The position numbers and the translations under genes are program-made. Below are positions 14,071 through 25,960 of a stretch of 64,000 nucleotides of DNA, in pieces (position 1 is the stretch's first letter; each line of letters begins with the position of its first letter). Under the pieces are notes generated by a model, which was not told the DNA's origin, searched no databases, and saw only the letters and a program-made list of their open reading frames with translations. The stretch lies in contig JAWMAR010000016.1 in assembly GCA_036785375.1 (NCBI GenBank), positions 7,378,001 through 7,442,000 on the forward strand. The letters run 5' to 3'. The DNA is from Leucoraja ocellata. Its lineage: Eukaryota.

Positions 14071-14145
14071 TGCGGCGGGGATTCCTCCCTCACTCAGTAC
14101 CGAGCTGCCATCAGTCTGTGCACAACACACTGACCTTGTCAAGCA

Positions 14146-14258
14146 ATGGCCGAGAAGAAGGCTGAAGAAGCGACCTCGCAGATTAACAATGAGGAAACAG
14201 CAGAGGGACAAGAAAATGTTGAAGAAACTGACCTGGGGCCTTTTGTAATAATCATTGG
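14146..14258 (+). CDS. APOBEC2: APOBEC2 coding exon 1 (MAEKKAEEATSQINNEETAEGQENVEETDLGPFVIII-G, phase 2)
   Basis: ATG in good context (agcaATGg). Acidic N-terminus ends L-G-P-F-V-I-I-I-G, like vertebrate APOBEC2 L-P-P-F-E-I-V-T-G. Donor GG|gtaagt at 14258/14259; GG plus the first A of exon 2 gives Gly in frame. Confidence 0.9.
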
Positions 14259-14365
14259 GTAAGTGTTAAACTCTTTACACTTGGTGCACTGCACCCTAAC
14301 CTTGAGATTCTAATGCTGACTAACTACATGTTTGTGAAAAGCGTTAAAAGCTGTAAAACCTAATT

Positions 14366-14716
14366 TGTAGGAAGGAACTGCAGATGCTGGTTTACACCGA
14401 AGATAGACACAAAATGCTGGAGCAACTCAGCGGGACAGGCAGCATCTCTGGATAAAAGGAATGGGTGATGCTTTGGGTCAAGACCCATCTTCAGGCTGAG
14501 AATTAGGGGTCAGGGAAATGAGAGATATGGAAGGTAAAGTGTGAAAATGAGACACCAAAGGAGACAAAGGGGAAAAGACTCTACATTTTCCTTGATCTTC
14601 GTCCCCCTTTGATCTCTCAGTCTGAAGAAGGGTCTCGACCCGAAACGTCACTCATACCTTCTATCCAGAGATGTTGCCTGTCCCGCTGAGTTACTCCAGC
14701 ATTTTGTCTCTATCTC
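14366..14716. mobile_element. Palindromic pLTR-derived element in APOBEC2 intron 1
   Basis: Inverted arms with a degenerate - strand and an intact + strand hammerhead. Confidence 0.75.
14622..14649 (+). ncRNA. Minimal hammerhead ribozyme motif (intact core) in a Penelope pLTR-like repeat
   Basis: CTGAAGA, A, stem II GGGT-CTCG-ACCC, GAAAC, GTC cleavage triplet. Palindromic ACGT stem III; 3-bp stem I (agt 14619-14621 with act 14650-14652). Confidence 0.75.
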
Positions 14717-15034
14717 CCGTAAAACCTAAGCTGCGCTGCGCAGTTTAAGATTCTTGCAAAGGTAATCCACCGCTATCACATTGCCAACTCGACTATTATC
14801 CTTCTTTCCTATCTCAATATCAACTGCACCTATACCCTCACGATCAGCCTCATGGGTTGGATTGCGCCACTCGCTTCTTCCCTCAGCGACTGCAGTACTG
14901 GTGTCTACATTGCGTCGGCATGTTGGGAAAGAGGAAAACTTAGATACAAATCAGACCAAAAACAGCTATAGGTTGAATGACCAATGCTACAGTATTGATA
15001 AAGGGATGATGGAAATAGGTGATATTTAGCCAGG

Positions 15035-15640
15035 ATGTCACAGTGGTGCAGTTGGAAGAGCTACTGCCTCACAGCTGGTCGAGACTGGGCTCGATCCTGA
15101 CCTTGTGTGGAGTTTACATCTTCTCCCTGCATGGGATTTCTTCAGGTGCTCCAGTTTCCTCCTGCATCCTAAAGATGTACGGATTTGTAGGTTGATAGGT
15201 TTCTGTAACTTTCTCCTAGTGTGAAGGGAGTGGGATAGCACGGAAATAGTATGAGCAGGTGATTGATGGACAGCGTGGACCCAGTGGGCTGTTTCCGTGC
15301 TGCATCTTATGATTCAATCAATTATCACGGTCACAGCTTCACCCAGGAGGATAAATGAGCCGATGGTCCATTGCATCCGTGCTGACATCAACACCCATTT
15401 ACAGTAATCCTATGTTATTCTTCCCACATTCCAATCAATTCCGCCCGCGCTACACACAATCTATAGAGGCAAATCAGTCGACTAACCTGCACGTTTTAGG
15501 AAGGTGGGAGGAAACTAGACCATCTTCTGGTACACTGCAGGGAGCATACAGTATGTTAACTCCACATAGGCAGCATCAGAGGTCAGGATTGAACCCGGGT
15601 TTCATGGAGTTGTGAGTGAGCTGTGTTACCAGCTGTGTTG
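15035..15640. mobile_element. Two opposed HE1-type V-SINEs (about 15035-15310 +, 15360-15640 -)
   Basis: Head, core and tail motifs in opposite orientations. Confidence 0.7.
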
Positions 15641-16469
15641 CTTAGCCATTCCTATATTCTATAATAGATGGAAAAAAAATATGATCTAAGATCATGAAGC
15701 TACAGGGAAAGAAAAAAATAATTCAGATTGCATGTGATACATGTATGAAATCTGAACCATTACAAGCCCAGCTTTATTTAGGTAATATACGTGAGTGAAT
15801 TTCGATCAGTCGAATTTGGCTTCATTTCATAATGGGTAGTAACTGCATTAAAACAAACACCATCTATTTGTTCTCTAATAGCACCAATCTTGAAGTGTCT
15901 TCGTATGTCTGTATGATGGACCTTCTGTTATTATTTATTGTCTAAGTATGGCATAGGTCAGTTTAGTGAGCACGCACAGCTCGCCTGCCAAAAGCTCTTA
16001 TAAGGACACGCTGCCTCAGAATTCATCAGTCTGTGATGGGCATGTCCTGTGATGTTCTGACACATGTTGCCATTTGGAGAAACTCACAGCAGGAGCATTT
16101 ATTTAGGAAAAATGGCCTCACAGAGTATATCAGAGTATGTAGTGTTACATGTGTTGAATGTACACAGCCACCAGTGACCTAAATATATACACACATATAT
16201 ATTGTATACGTCTCCAATGATTAATTTTATCTTAAGTATTCTGAAAGATGTCATCACTGCTATGAAAGGGCTATCTTTCTGTAATGCAATACATGTTTGA
16301 GCAGGTATAAATATATATATATATACTGAGGGAAATTTAGCTCACAGCCTTTTTGGACAATTGCCATAATGTTAGATTACAGCAATACAGGTTTCAGGCT
16401 TTCACTCACTTGCACATCCTGAGCAATATTGTTCATTGTGTGTGTTGGAGAGTTCATATGAATGTGTGT

Positions 16470-16513
<44 letters not shown>

Positions 16514-16563
16514 AAGAGAGGGAGGGGGAGGGGGAGATGGAGGGAGAGAGAAAGAGAGAGACT
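16470..16563. repeat. (GA)n / purine-rich microsatellite
   Basis: Directly visible. Confidence 0.95.
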
Positions 16564-16574
16564 GAGTATGTATT

Positions 16575-16865
16575 GGATTGAGTGTCAGTTCTACAGCTGG
16601 TGGAGCTGCTGCCTGACGGCATCAAACACCCTGGTTCAATCCTGACCTTGGTTGCTCTGTGTGAAGTTGCACATTCTCCGTGACTGCGCGGGTTTCCTGA
16701 GTGTGATCTGGTTTCCCCACATCCCAAAATGTGCAGATTGTAGGTTAATTGTCCTCTATAAAATTGTCCCTAGTGTGTAGGGAGTGGATGCCAAAATGAG
16801 ATAATATGGAACTAGTGTGTACGTTTGATCCATAGTCGGCATGGACTCGGTAGGCCAAAGGGCTT
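16575..16865 (+). mobile_element. HE1-type V-SINE
   Basis: ggttcaatcctgacc...gggtttcc...taggttaatt core. Confidence 0.7.
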
Positions 16866-17339
16866 AGAGTCATAGATTCATAGAGTGATACAATGTGGAA
16901 ACAGGCCTTTCAGCCCAACCTGCCCTCACCGGCCAACATGTCCCAGCTACATTAGTCCCACCTGCCCACATTTGGTCTATATCCCTCCAAACCTGCCCTA
17001 TCCATAAACCTGTTTCTTAAATGTTGGGATAGTCCCTGCCTCAACTACCTAGCTTTGTCTGAAAAAGTTATCCCTCAGGTTGCTATTAAATTTTTTCCAC
17101 TTCACCTTAAATCTATGTCCTCTGGCTTGTTTCCTGGCATGCTGCATCTTTCAACCAATCAATGTGTCAGTATGTTCAAATAAATATTGAATATTAAATT
17201 AATATTTGAATATTAAATAGGGACACAAGATGCTGGAAGTTTGAGCATAAAACAAAATTCTGGAGGAAAGGAGTGTCAGGAAGCATCTGTGGAGCGAATG
17301 AAAAGATGACGCTTTGGGTCAGGACACTCCTAGACTGGT

Positions 17340-18295
17340 TGAGTTATATATTAATGATTTAGAAGATGGGATTAAAAGTAACACTAGCAAATTTGCAGGT
17401 GACACAAAGCTGGGTGGCAATGTGAACTCCGAAGAGGATACAAGGAGGTTGCAGGGTGACTTGGACAGGTTGAGTGAGTGGGCAGATGCATGGCAGACGC
17501 AGTATAATGTAGATAAATGTGAGGTTATCCACTTTGGCAGCAAGAACAAGGTGGCAGATTATTATCTCAATGGTGTCAGATTAGGAAAAGGACAAGTGCA
17601 ACAAGACCTGGGTGTCCTTGTACCGGTCACTGAAAGTAAACATGCAGGTAAAGCAGGCAGTGAAGAAAGCTAATGGCATGTTGGCCTTCATAACGAGAGA
17701 ATTTTAATGTCGGAGTAAAGAGGTCCTTCTGCAGTTGTACAGGGCCCTGATGAGACCACATCTGGAGTATTGTGTGCAGTTTTGGGCTCTTAATTTGTGG
17801 AAGGACATTCTTGCTATTGAGGCAGTGCAGGTTCACAAGGTTAATTCCAGGAATGCGGGACTGTTATATGAGGAAAGATTGGAAAGACTGGACTCGTATT
17901 CACTTGAATTTAGAAGGATGAGAGGGAATCTTATAAAATTATAAAAGGACTGGACAAGCAAGATGCAGGATAAATGTTCCCAATGTTGGGAGAGTCCAGA
18001 ACCAGTGCCACAGTCTAAAAATAAAGGGGAGGCCATTTAAAACTGAGATGAGAAAGAACTTTTTCACCCAGAGAGTTGTGAATTTGTGGAATTCTCTGCC
18101 ACAGAAGGTGGTAGAGGCCAATTCGATGGATGAATTAAAAAGAGAGTTAGATAGAGCTCTTGGGGCCAGCGGAATCAAGGGATATGGGGAGAAGGCAGGC
18201 ACGGGTTATTGATTGTGGATGATCAGCCATGATCACAATGAATGGCGGTGCTGGCTTGGACAAATGGCCTCCTCCTGCGCCTACTTTCTATGTTT
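17340..18295 (+). mobile_element. CR1 LINE 3' fragment
   Basis: YINDL...SKFAGDTKLGG...[11 protein letters not shown] and a CR1 3' UTR. Confidence 0.92.
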
Positions 18296-19449
18296 TCGAG
18301 GAAAACAAAACTGCATATGCTGGAAATTCTAATTAAAGGCCTTTTTAATCTCAGTTTCAGCATTGTTTTCCTACCTGTCTCCTCTTTATATTCATCTCCT
18401 ATTTATACTTAATGCAGACAAATCAACTAATGAGGCAGACCTTCAACACCCTGAGCCAGCCTGCAGCATCACCAGTTGTGCATTCAGTATCTCTTTGTTC
18501 ACGTCCTCGCACAGATATTCCCTCTGCTCTCTCCACCCCTCTCCTTCTCTGTGATTGAAAGCATTTCAACCCCTTCCATTGATGGAAGATGCCTTGGCCT
18601 GAACATTTAAGACGGTTTTCCCTCCACAAAGGATATCTGAACGCCATGGTCTTTTGGCGATTTCTCATTCTCCATTTTTCCTGCTAGTCATCAGGTTTAC
18701 TGTCTCCTCCTTCATCTACAGGAAGAGATACCAATGAATCTACCATCTATAGATATGCAAGGGTGCATCGATTCAGCTTCAGGAGTGGAGCGAGGATGTT
18801 TGTAAATTAAACTGGAAAGATATTTAAAAACAAGTATTTAATGAAACCATGAACATTTATTTCCCAAATTGTTTCTATGTGTTTATCATAAACTAGGATG
18901 TTTAATGAGTACTGTGGACATTTTGATTTTCCAACTAGTTCAGAAGACTGAATTATTAACATTAGTGAACTGATTTATGTCAAATGAGTTTTATAGTTAA
19001 TGAAATAAATAAATAAACATACAACACTATTCCATAAAAGTTTGTGAGCATTTTCTTTAATGATAATGAACCATTTTGTCCAGGGAGATTTTACAAAACG
19101 TCTTCAAATCAATTAAAAGTGACTTTCCCGGTTTGCACCTGAAAAAAATCTAGAGTGTGATTTTCATGCAGTTTGTAATGTTATTTAATCATTTAACTCT
19201 ATCATCCAACACTGGGCCCACTTCCACCATGAACAGTGAATTCCACAAAAATGGCAGACAAAGTATCCTTCACCAATTCCGTATAAATGAATTAAAGGCA
19301 AATGGAAACAACATAAGTACTGTATATGGAGTCATAAAGTAATAGTGTGGAAAGAAGCCCTTCAGCCCAACTTGCCCACACTGGCTAACATGTCCCAGCT
19401 ACACTAGTCCCACCTGCCTGTGTTTGGTCCATATCCCTCCAAACATTTT

Positions 19450-19645
19450 GTTTAAGAAGGAACTGCAGATGCTGGAAAATCGAAGGTACACAAAAATGCT
19501 GGAGAAACTCAGTGGGTGCAGCAGCATCTATGGAGCGAAGGAAATAGGCAACGTTTTGGGTCTGAAGAAGGGTTTCGGGCCTATTTCCTTCGCTCCATAG
19601 ATGCTGCTGCACCCGCTGAGTTTCTCCAGCATTTTTGTGTACCTT
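19450..19645. mobile_element. Palindromic pLTR-derived element (second subfamily)
   Basis: The same peptide-like string (QQHLWSEGNR) appears in ORFs on both strands, reflecting near-perfect inverted arms. Confidence 0.7.
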
Positions 19646-20479
19646 CCCTCCAAACCTTTTTTAGACTGAGATGTAGTCTGTGGTCATTCTTGGCAAATGT
19701 CAGTTTGGGTCCATTACTCATTTTTAATTTTATAAATTGAGGTTTTCAGGATTATGAGATGGTTGACAGGGTAGGTAAAGAAAAACCATACCTTCTGGGA
19801 ATTGGTCAGCTACTTGAGATCATAGATTCTAAAACCTTGGGAAAAGATCTTCTTGAGAACAGGATTTTACTTTTTAGCTGCTTCAGAGACCCTGAGAAAC
19901 ATGGTTGATCCTAATCTTAGGTGTTGTGTCAGGTTCACCTTGTGACAATGTTGGTTTCTCACAGGGGCTCCGCTTTCCCCAGCCCAGATCCCAAATACAT
20001 GGAGATTGGTGGGTTGATTGTCTCTATTATGTATGTGAGTGTCAGAACCCGAGGGAGTTTGTGGGAATGTAGAGATAATGCAAAGGGAATAGTGTAAGTA
20101 GTGCAAGTTGATGGTTGGCATGGATTTTGTGGGCTGAAGGGCCTGTTGTGCTGTTCCATTCTGTAATTCCTAGTATAAACATACGGGAAAGTATTTTAAA
20201 AGTGTGATAAAATGCTGTTCAGAATGAGAAGTTTACAGGCAAGGGGGAAGTGGGGATGTTGAACTAAATATTATTGTTTATCCAAAGGGCCAATACAGGC
20301 ACATTGGGTAAAATAGACTCCTCTGTGAGATTTTTGAGCTTAGTACTTCAGTGTTGTCTTTCAGTTTTGTTCAACGTAAATGCTACAAAATTCAGTGTAC
20401 CGGAAATTGGAGTGTGGTGCTGGTTATGTGTCCTCCTCAATTCAACACATGAACAAAAAGATATCATTGTAAATTGGTG

Positions 20480-21045
20480 ACAATAGGTGCAGGAGTAGGC
20501 CATTCGGTCCTTCGAGCCAGCACCGCCATTCCAATGTGATCATGGCTGATCCCCAATCAGTACCTCGTTCCTGCCTTCTCCCCATATCCCGACTGCGCTA
20601 TCTTCAAGAGCCCTATCTAGCTCTCTCTTGATAGCATCCAGAGAACCCGCCTCCACCACCCTCTGAGGCAGAGAATTCCACCGACTCACCACTCTCTGTG
20701 AAAAAAAGTGTTTCCTCGTCTCCGTTCTAAATGGCTTACTCCTTATTCTAAAACTGTGGTCCCTGGTTCTAGACTCCCCCAACATCGGGAACATGTTTCC
20801 TGCCTCTAGTGTGTCCAAACCCTTAACAATCTTATATGTTTCAATGAGATCCCCTCTCATCCTTCTAAACTCCAGAGTGTACAAGCCCAGCTGCCCCATT
20901 CTCTCAGCATATGACAGTCCTGCCATTCCGGGAATTAACCTTGTAAACCCACGCTGCACTCCCTCAAAAGCAATAATGTCCTTCCTCAAATTAGGGGACC
21001 AAAACTGCACACAATACTCCAGGTGTGGTCTCACTAGGGCTCTGT
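20480..21045 (-). mobile_element. CR1 LINE 3' fragment
   Basis: ORF 20540..21076: [18 protein letters not shown]...FFSQRVV. Confidence 0.92.
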
Positions 21046-21228
21046 ACCATGTGATTTGTACCACTGCCATTTTCATTCATCTTGATGCACCAATGCAAGG
21101 AGGAACAAGGATAAGAGCAGTTGCATTTAATGAAATGTACATCGTTGCCCTAATTTCCCTTGGAATATCTATGACCTGCACCATCCATGGCCATTCTTGG
21201 AATAACAGGACTCCACCAGCCCTGATGC

Positions 21229-21500
21229 TGTTCTAGACCTGTGAGAACTCTCCATGCTTGCGGCACTGCTCCATGCATGTGATGTTTCTCCAGCTGCCTG
21301 CCACTTCTCCAGGCCTGTAACATTGCTCCTGGCATGTGGTGTTTCTCCACATGCATGGCACTTCCCCAGGCCCATGAGGTTGCTCAAGGCTTGTGAGGTT
21401 GCTCCAGATGCATGCCACTTCTCCAGGCTCATAAGCTTGCTGTGATGCTTCTCCAGGTCTGTGATATTGCAGACCCATGAGAATGCTCAAGGCACATCCC
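21229..21500. repeat. Degenerate 19-bp minisatellite with 57-bp higher-order period
   Basis: Successive units tgctccatgcatgtgatgt, ttctccagctgcctgccac, ttctccaggcctgtaacat, tgctcctggcatgtggtgt, ttctccacatgcatggcac... Confidence 0.8.
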
Positions 21501-23352
21501 AGGCCACTGCTGAAAACGACCTCAGGATCCTTCATAACAATTTAATTCCCGCATGGCCCACACCACCGTCCCACTGCCCACAGTTCCATAATGTACCCTA
21601 CCCTTTCGCAACCTCTCCACCAATACTCACCTGACCAAAACTCCTCCAATTCCAAATCTTCCCATCGATTGCCCACCACTGATCCTCCTGCTTACCTACC
21701 AACCTAAACCTTTCTTACTGATGGACATTGGCCACTACCGTTCCAAACCTTGATCCTCTCCCCATCTCCTACCTTGGGCCAGAGCTACCCTCAGATTTTC
21801 ATGTCCACTGAAGTGTGTGCAAAGACTGCCTTCTTGTGCCATTGTGCAAGGCTCATTCAAGAGTGCAATTGGGATGTCAGTGAGGGGTTGGGGAAGGGGG
21901 GATGAAAGGAGGTTAACAAAACGTTTGCTGGGCCACCATAACCCAACTAATGTGTCTTTGCAGGCGCCGGGCAATACCTTCGCAGACACCACTGAGCAAA
22001 TTGATCTTCTTCTGAACCTGTGTTATGTGCGGGGGAAAAGGCCGGGCAGATTTCCCCTTTAAATCTGCCCTTCTTCCCTGTGTAGGCCAGGTGGTGACGG
22101 GCGACATCAGTGCCTCCTCCTGTTGAGATAAGGGAAGTTAAAAATATATTTGAAATTCCATTTCTTTCAGCTGTGGCAATGAACACTGGAAAAACAGTCA
22201 CAGGCTTCACTGGGGAAACATGTAGGGAGGGGCAGAGATCGGAAACAAGTACAACTGATTCTTGATCTGTCGGTGACACTAGAGTCATTGGGCTCATCTC
22301 ACTGATCTCATCTGAGCTGTTATATTATAACAAAGCCTTCAGAGTTGCCATTTGATCCTTTCATTCTTGCCACAGTACATAGTAGACAGTACATGTGTCA
22401 GAGGTTATGGGGAGAAGGCTGGAGAATGGGGTTAGGAGGGAGAGATAGATCAGCCATGAATGAATGGCGGAGTAGACTTGATGGGACGAATGACCTAATT
22501 CTACTCGTTTCACTTATGAGTACTCTGACCACACGTGACAGGAATATTTGATGTATCAAAAAAAAATTATAGGTAATTATTTATCTGTCCATCACAAAGT
22601 GTACCATTTATAAATTACATTAAAGCTCACTTGTTGTTTCTCATGTAGATACGCCAATCTCTTTCTCAGCCCCATCTCATAATTAGCATTGAGATAAATG
22701 CTAGTCAATGTGGGTTTGGTGATACTGGTTGTTTTCCAGGGCTATACTATTGCATGGAACATTTATCTTTGCTCATGTCAGAGACTCCCTTTCCTCACAG
22801 AAGATTTCTGAAGTTAAAATATATCAGCAAAGAGAAATTGTTGGATAAATTTATTGGAGGACTTTTGATCAAAGGCTTCCAAAGGGCTTGCTCCTGTGTT
22901 GATTGATGCTGTCGATGACTACAAAGTAAAAATGCCTTAGGCTTGTTAGCACTATATTGCAGGGTTTTTAAAATAATGAACTGCTGAGGAACCAGATTGA
23001 TGATTCTGGTGCCACATCAGCAGATTGATGGGTAGAAAATGTAACCTTTATTTAAAGGATGAAGGGGATTAGAGAATGATGAAACTGTTAGCCTTACACC
23101 TCTTAGTGGTAAAATGCTTGAATACGTCATTATGGTCATGTTCAAAGATCATTCCCAAGCTCTTAGTATGATGAGTCAGAATCCACAGGGTTTTGAGGGG
23201 GTGGGGAATCAGGTTTGAGAAATCTAATAAAAATTTTAGAAGATTTATCAGACAGGGTAGATAAGAAAAAAAATCTGGATTTTTGAAAGACATTTGATAA
23301 GGTACTGCACATTTGATAAGCTTGTAACATAAAATAGCTCAGAGAACAGTAA

Positions 23353-23803
23353 AGGGCCTGTCCCACGAGCATGCGACTGCATGTGGCAAGCGCGACCTAA
23401 CGTGGTCGCTTGCGGCTTGCGGCCTCGCGGGGCCGGTCCCACTTCGATCGCCGGAGCCGTATGGAGTTGTGCGGAGATGGTCCCGACATCGCCCGGGGCT
23501 CTGAAAAACTAACTGTCCAAAAATTCCGCGCGGCAACGGTCTGCCGGCCCGCAGCCGCATTGAGGCTGTACGCACCTCCTCGTACGGCCTCAATGCCGTA
23601 CTTCCTGCGGACTTCGCTCGAACTTCACGTCAACTCGTACGGGATCACTCGACCTCCGCGCGGCCTCCGCTTCTGGTTTGGTCGCGCTCGCCGCATGCTC
23701 GTGGGACAGGCCCTGTACGGGGATCACTCGATGTTCGCGCGACCCCCGCTTCCGGTTTGGTGGCGCTTGCCGCATGCAGTCGCATGCTCGTGGGACAGGC
23801 ATT
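23353..23803. mobile_element. PIF/Harbinger-type MITE with duplicated right end
   Basis: AGGGCCTGTCCCACGAGCATGCG at left; matching right TIRs end at 23714 and again at about 23803. Confidence 0.8.
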
Positions 23804-23942
23804 TAGAAGATATTGGATTAATTAACTTATAGGAAAGAGGAGTCATTTTTTTATTGGCAAGCATTTAGCATTTAAATTGGTTGTTTGATTAAGACATCTT
23901 ATTTTGTTCATGCCAATAACATATGCACCTTCTAATTTCCAG

Positions 23943-24477
23943 ACAGCAGATGCCTTCTTCTTTCTTCATGTTCCAGTTTAAAAATGTAGAATATTCATCC
24001 GGGAGGAATAAAACATTTTTGTGCTATTCAGTGGAAGAAGAGGGTGCGGAGTGTCGGAAAACTGAAGGATATGTGGAGGATGAGCACACAACTATGCATG
24101 CTGAAGAGGCCTTCTTCACAGACGTCTTCAAGGAGTGTGATGGCAAGCTGAAGTATTCCATCATTTGGTACATGTCCTCCAGCCCCTGTGCGCCCTGTGC
24201 TTCCAAAATTGTAGCGTACCTGAAGAAGAGTCCCAACGTCTGTCTCACCATTTTCATTGCCCGCTTATTCATGTGGGAAGAGCCCGAGATCCAACAAGGC
24301 CTGAAGCTGCTGAAAGCCGCTGGTTGCCGATTGAGGATCATGAAGGCTCCCGAGTACAACTACTGCTGGAACACCTACGTCGAAAATGAGGGGGAATCGT
24401 TTGCACCGTGGGAAGACCTACCAACCAGTAGCTTGGCTTATGAAGGGATTCTTAATGACATTCTACAACATGCCTAG
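23943..24477 (+). CDS. APOBEC2: APOBEC2 coding exon 2 (cytidine deaminase-fold domain), stop TAG 24475-24477
   Basis: Acceptor tttccag| at 23942. Translation FQFKNVEYSSGRNKTFLCY...HAEEAFF...WYMSSSPCAPC...RLFMWEEPEIQ...PWED carries APOBEC2-diagnostic motifs and the Zn ligands. Spliced CDS is 113+535=648 nt (215 aa). Confidence 0.97.
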
Positions 24478-24545
24478 AAGGGTGAGGCATTTTGGCTTGT
24501 ACCCAAATAATAGGGGTTGCCACAGTCTGATGCTTTCTCCTCCAT

Positions 24546-24571
24546 CCCCCCCCCCCCCCCCCCCCCCCCCC
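24546..24571. repeat. Poly(C) tract just downstream of the APOBEC2 stop
   Basis: Directly visible run of about 26 C. Confidence 0.9.
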
Positions 24572-25429
24572 ACTCCCATGTATATTTGCCGTGAGCACTC
24601 TTGTTTGTTGTGATTGATTTATACAAGGAACGGCAAGAGCAATGTTGTCAATATTGGACATTTGGTTAACATTTTATTGATTTATGCCAATAAAATTAGG
24701 GGTGAGCAGGAATGAGCCTTGTGGTACCAATCCCCACGTTTTAAAGTGTTTCCAGAGAGTTTCTACGAGAGGAGACAGGCACTCCAACTCTGAACACCCT
24801 ACCTCTGTATACAGCTTGAGGGAATCTGTAATACTCTCTGGTACTGATGAATGCAAGCTGGTGCAAAGATTGCTATGCCAATGAAGGTGGTATTGGCTTT
24901 GTGGTCTGCCAGACTGTATCTCTACATTATTCTCTCAGTGAACAAACATAGGAAACAGAATAAATATCTTCCTTTGATTCATGGCAAGAATCAATAATTT
25001 TTTTTCATCAAATAACCAATGTTAAAATGCTTGCGTTAAAAACAGGTTTGACACCAGAGAGCCTGCAGTGTTTTTGTTAGATGGTTGGAATAGTGTGACG
25101 ATGTGTATGTCAAGTTTCACCAACCCTGCTCCCGATCATGGTTTGCATCAACAGACAGGCAGAACAGGACAATTTTCAGAACGGTACCATAAAGGGGATA
25201 AACATTACTAAATAATAACAACAGGAAAAGATAGGAAAGCTTACAGCTGAGAATCTCAAATTATTTTCAATGGTGTACAACCTGCAATTAAAGTAGGATT
25301 TGCAGGTGAGGGATGATTGGAGCAGAGTGGAACAAACTAAGCGCTATTTTAAGGTTATATTTGTATTTTCAGGTGCAATCATTTTATGCTGTGTGAAAAG
25401 GTTACCCCTCAGATTCCTATTAAACCTTA

Positions 25430-25960
25430 GAAACATAGAAACATAGAAATTAGGTGCAGGAGTAGGCCATTCGGCCCTTCGAGCCTGCACCGCCATTCAA
25501 TATGATCATGGCTGATCATCCAACTCAGTATCCCGTACCTGCCTTCTCTCCATACCCCCTGATCCCCTTAGCCACAAGGGCCACATCTAACTCCCTCTTA
25601 AATATAGCCAATGAAGTGGCCTCAACTACCCTCTGTGGCAGAGAGTTCCAGAGATTCACCACTCTCTGTGTGAAAAAAGTTCTTCTCATCTCGGTTTTAA
25701 AGGATTTCCCCTTTATCCTTAAGCTGTGACCCCTTGTCCTGGACTTCCCTAACATCGGGAACAATCTTCCTGCATCTAGCCTGTCCAACCCCTTAAGAAT
25801 TTTGTAAGTTTCTATAAGATCCCCTCTCAATCTTCTAAATTCTAGAGAGTATAAACCAAGTCTATCCAGTCTTTCTTCATAAGACAGTCCTGACATCCCA
25901 GGAATCAGTCTGGTGAACCGTCTCTGCACTCCCTCTATGGCAATAATGTCCTTCCTCAGA
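25430..25960 (-). mobile_element. Young CR1 3' fragment with (TTTCTATG)n tail
   Basis: ORF 25525..25929 is near-identical to the 3' part of ORF 34889..35989. Confidence 0.93.

Noticed and set aside
21229-21500. CRISPR-like array or repetitive coding exon
   Set aside because: Contiguous degenerate units without spacers, in a eukaryotic intron, with no supporting splice or homology evidence.
23923-23942. ATG of ORF 23923..24477 as the APOBEC2 start
   Set aside because: MHLLISR lies in the polypyrimidine tract; the N-terminus comes from the exon at 14146-14258.
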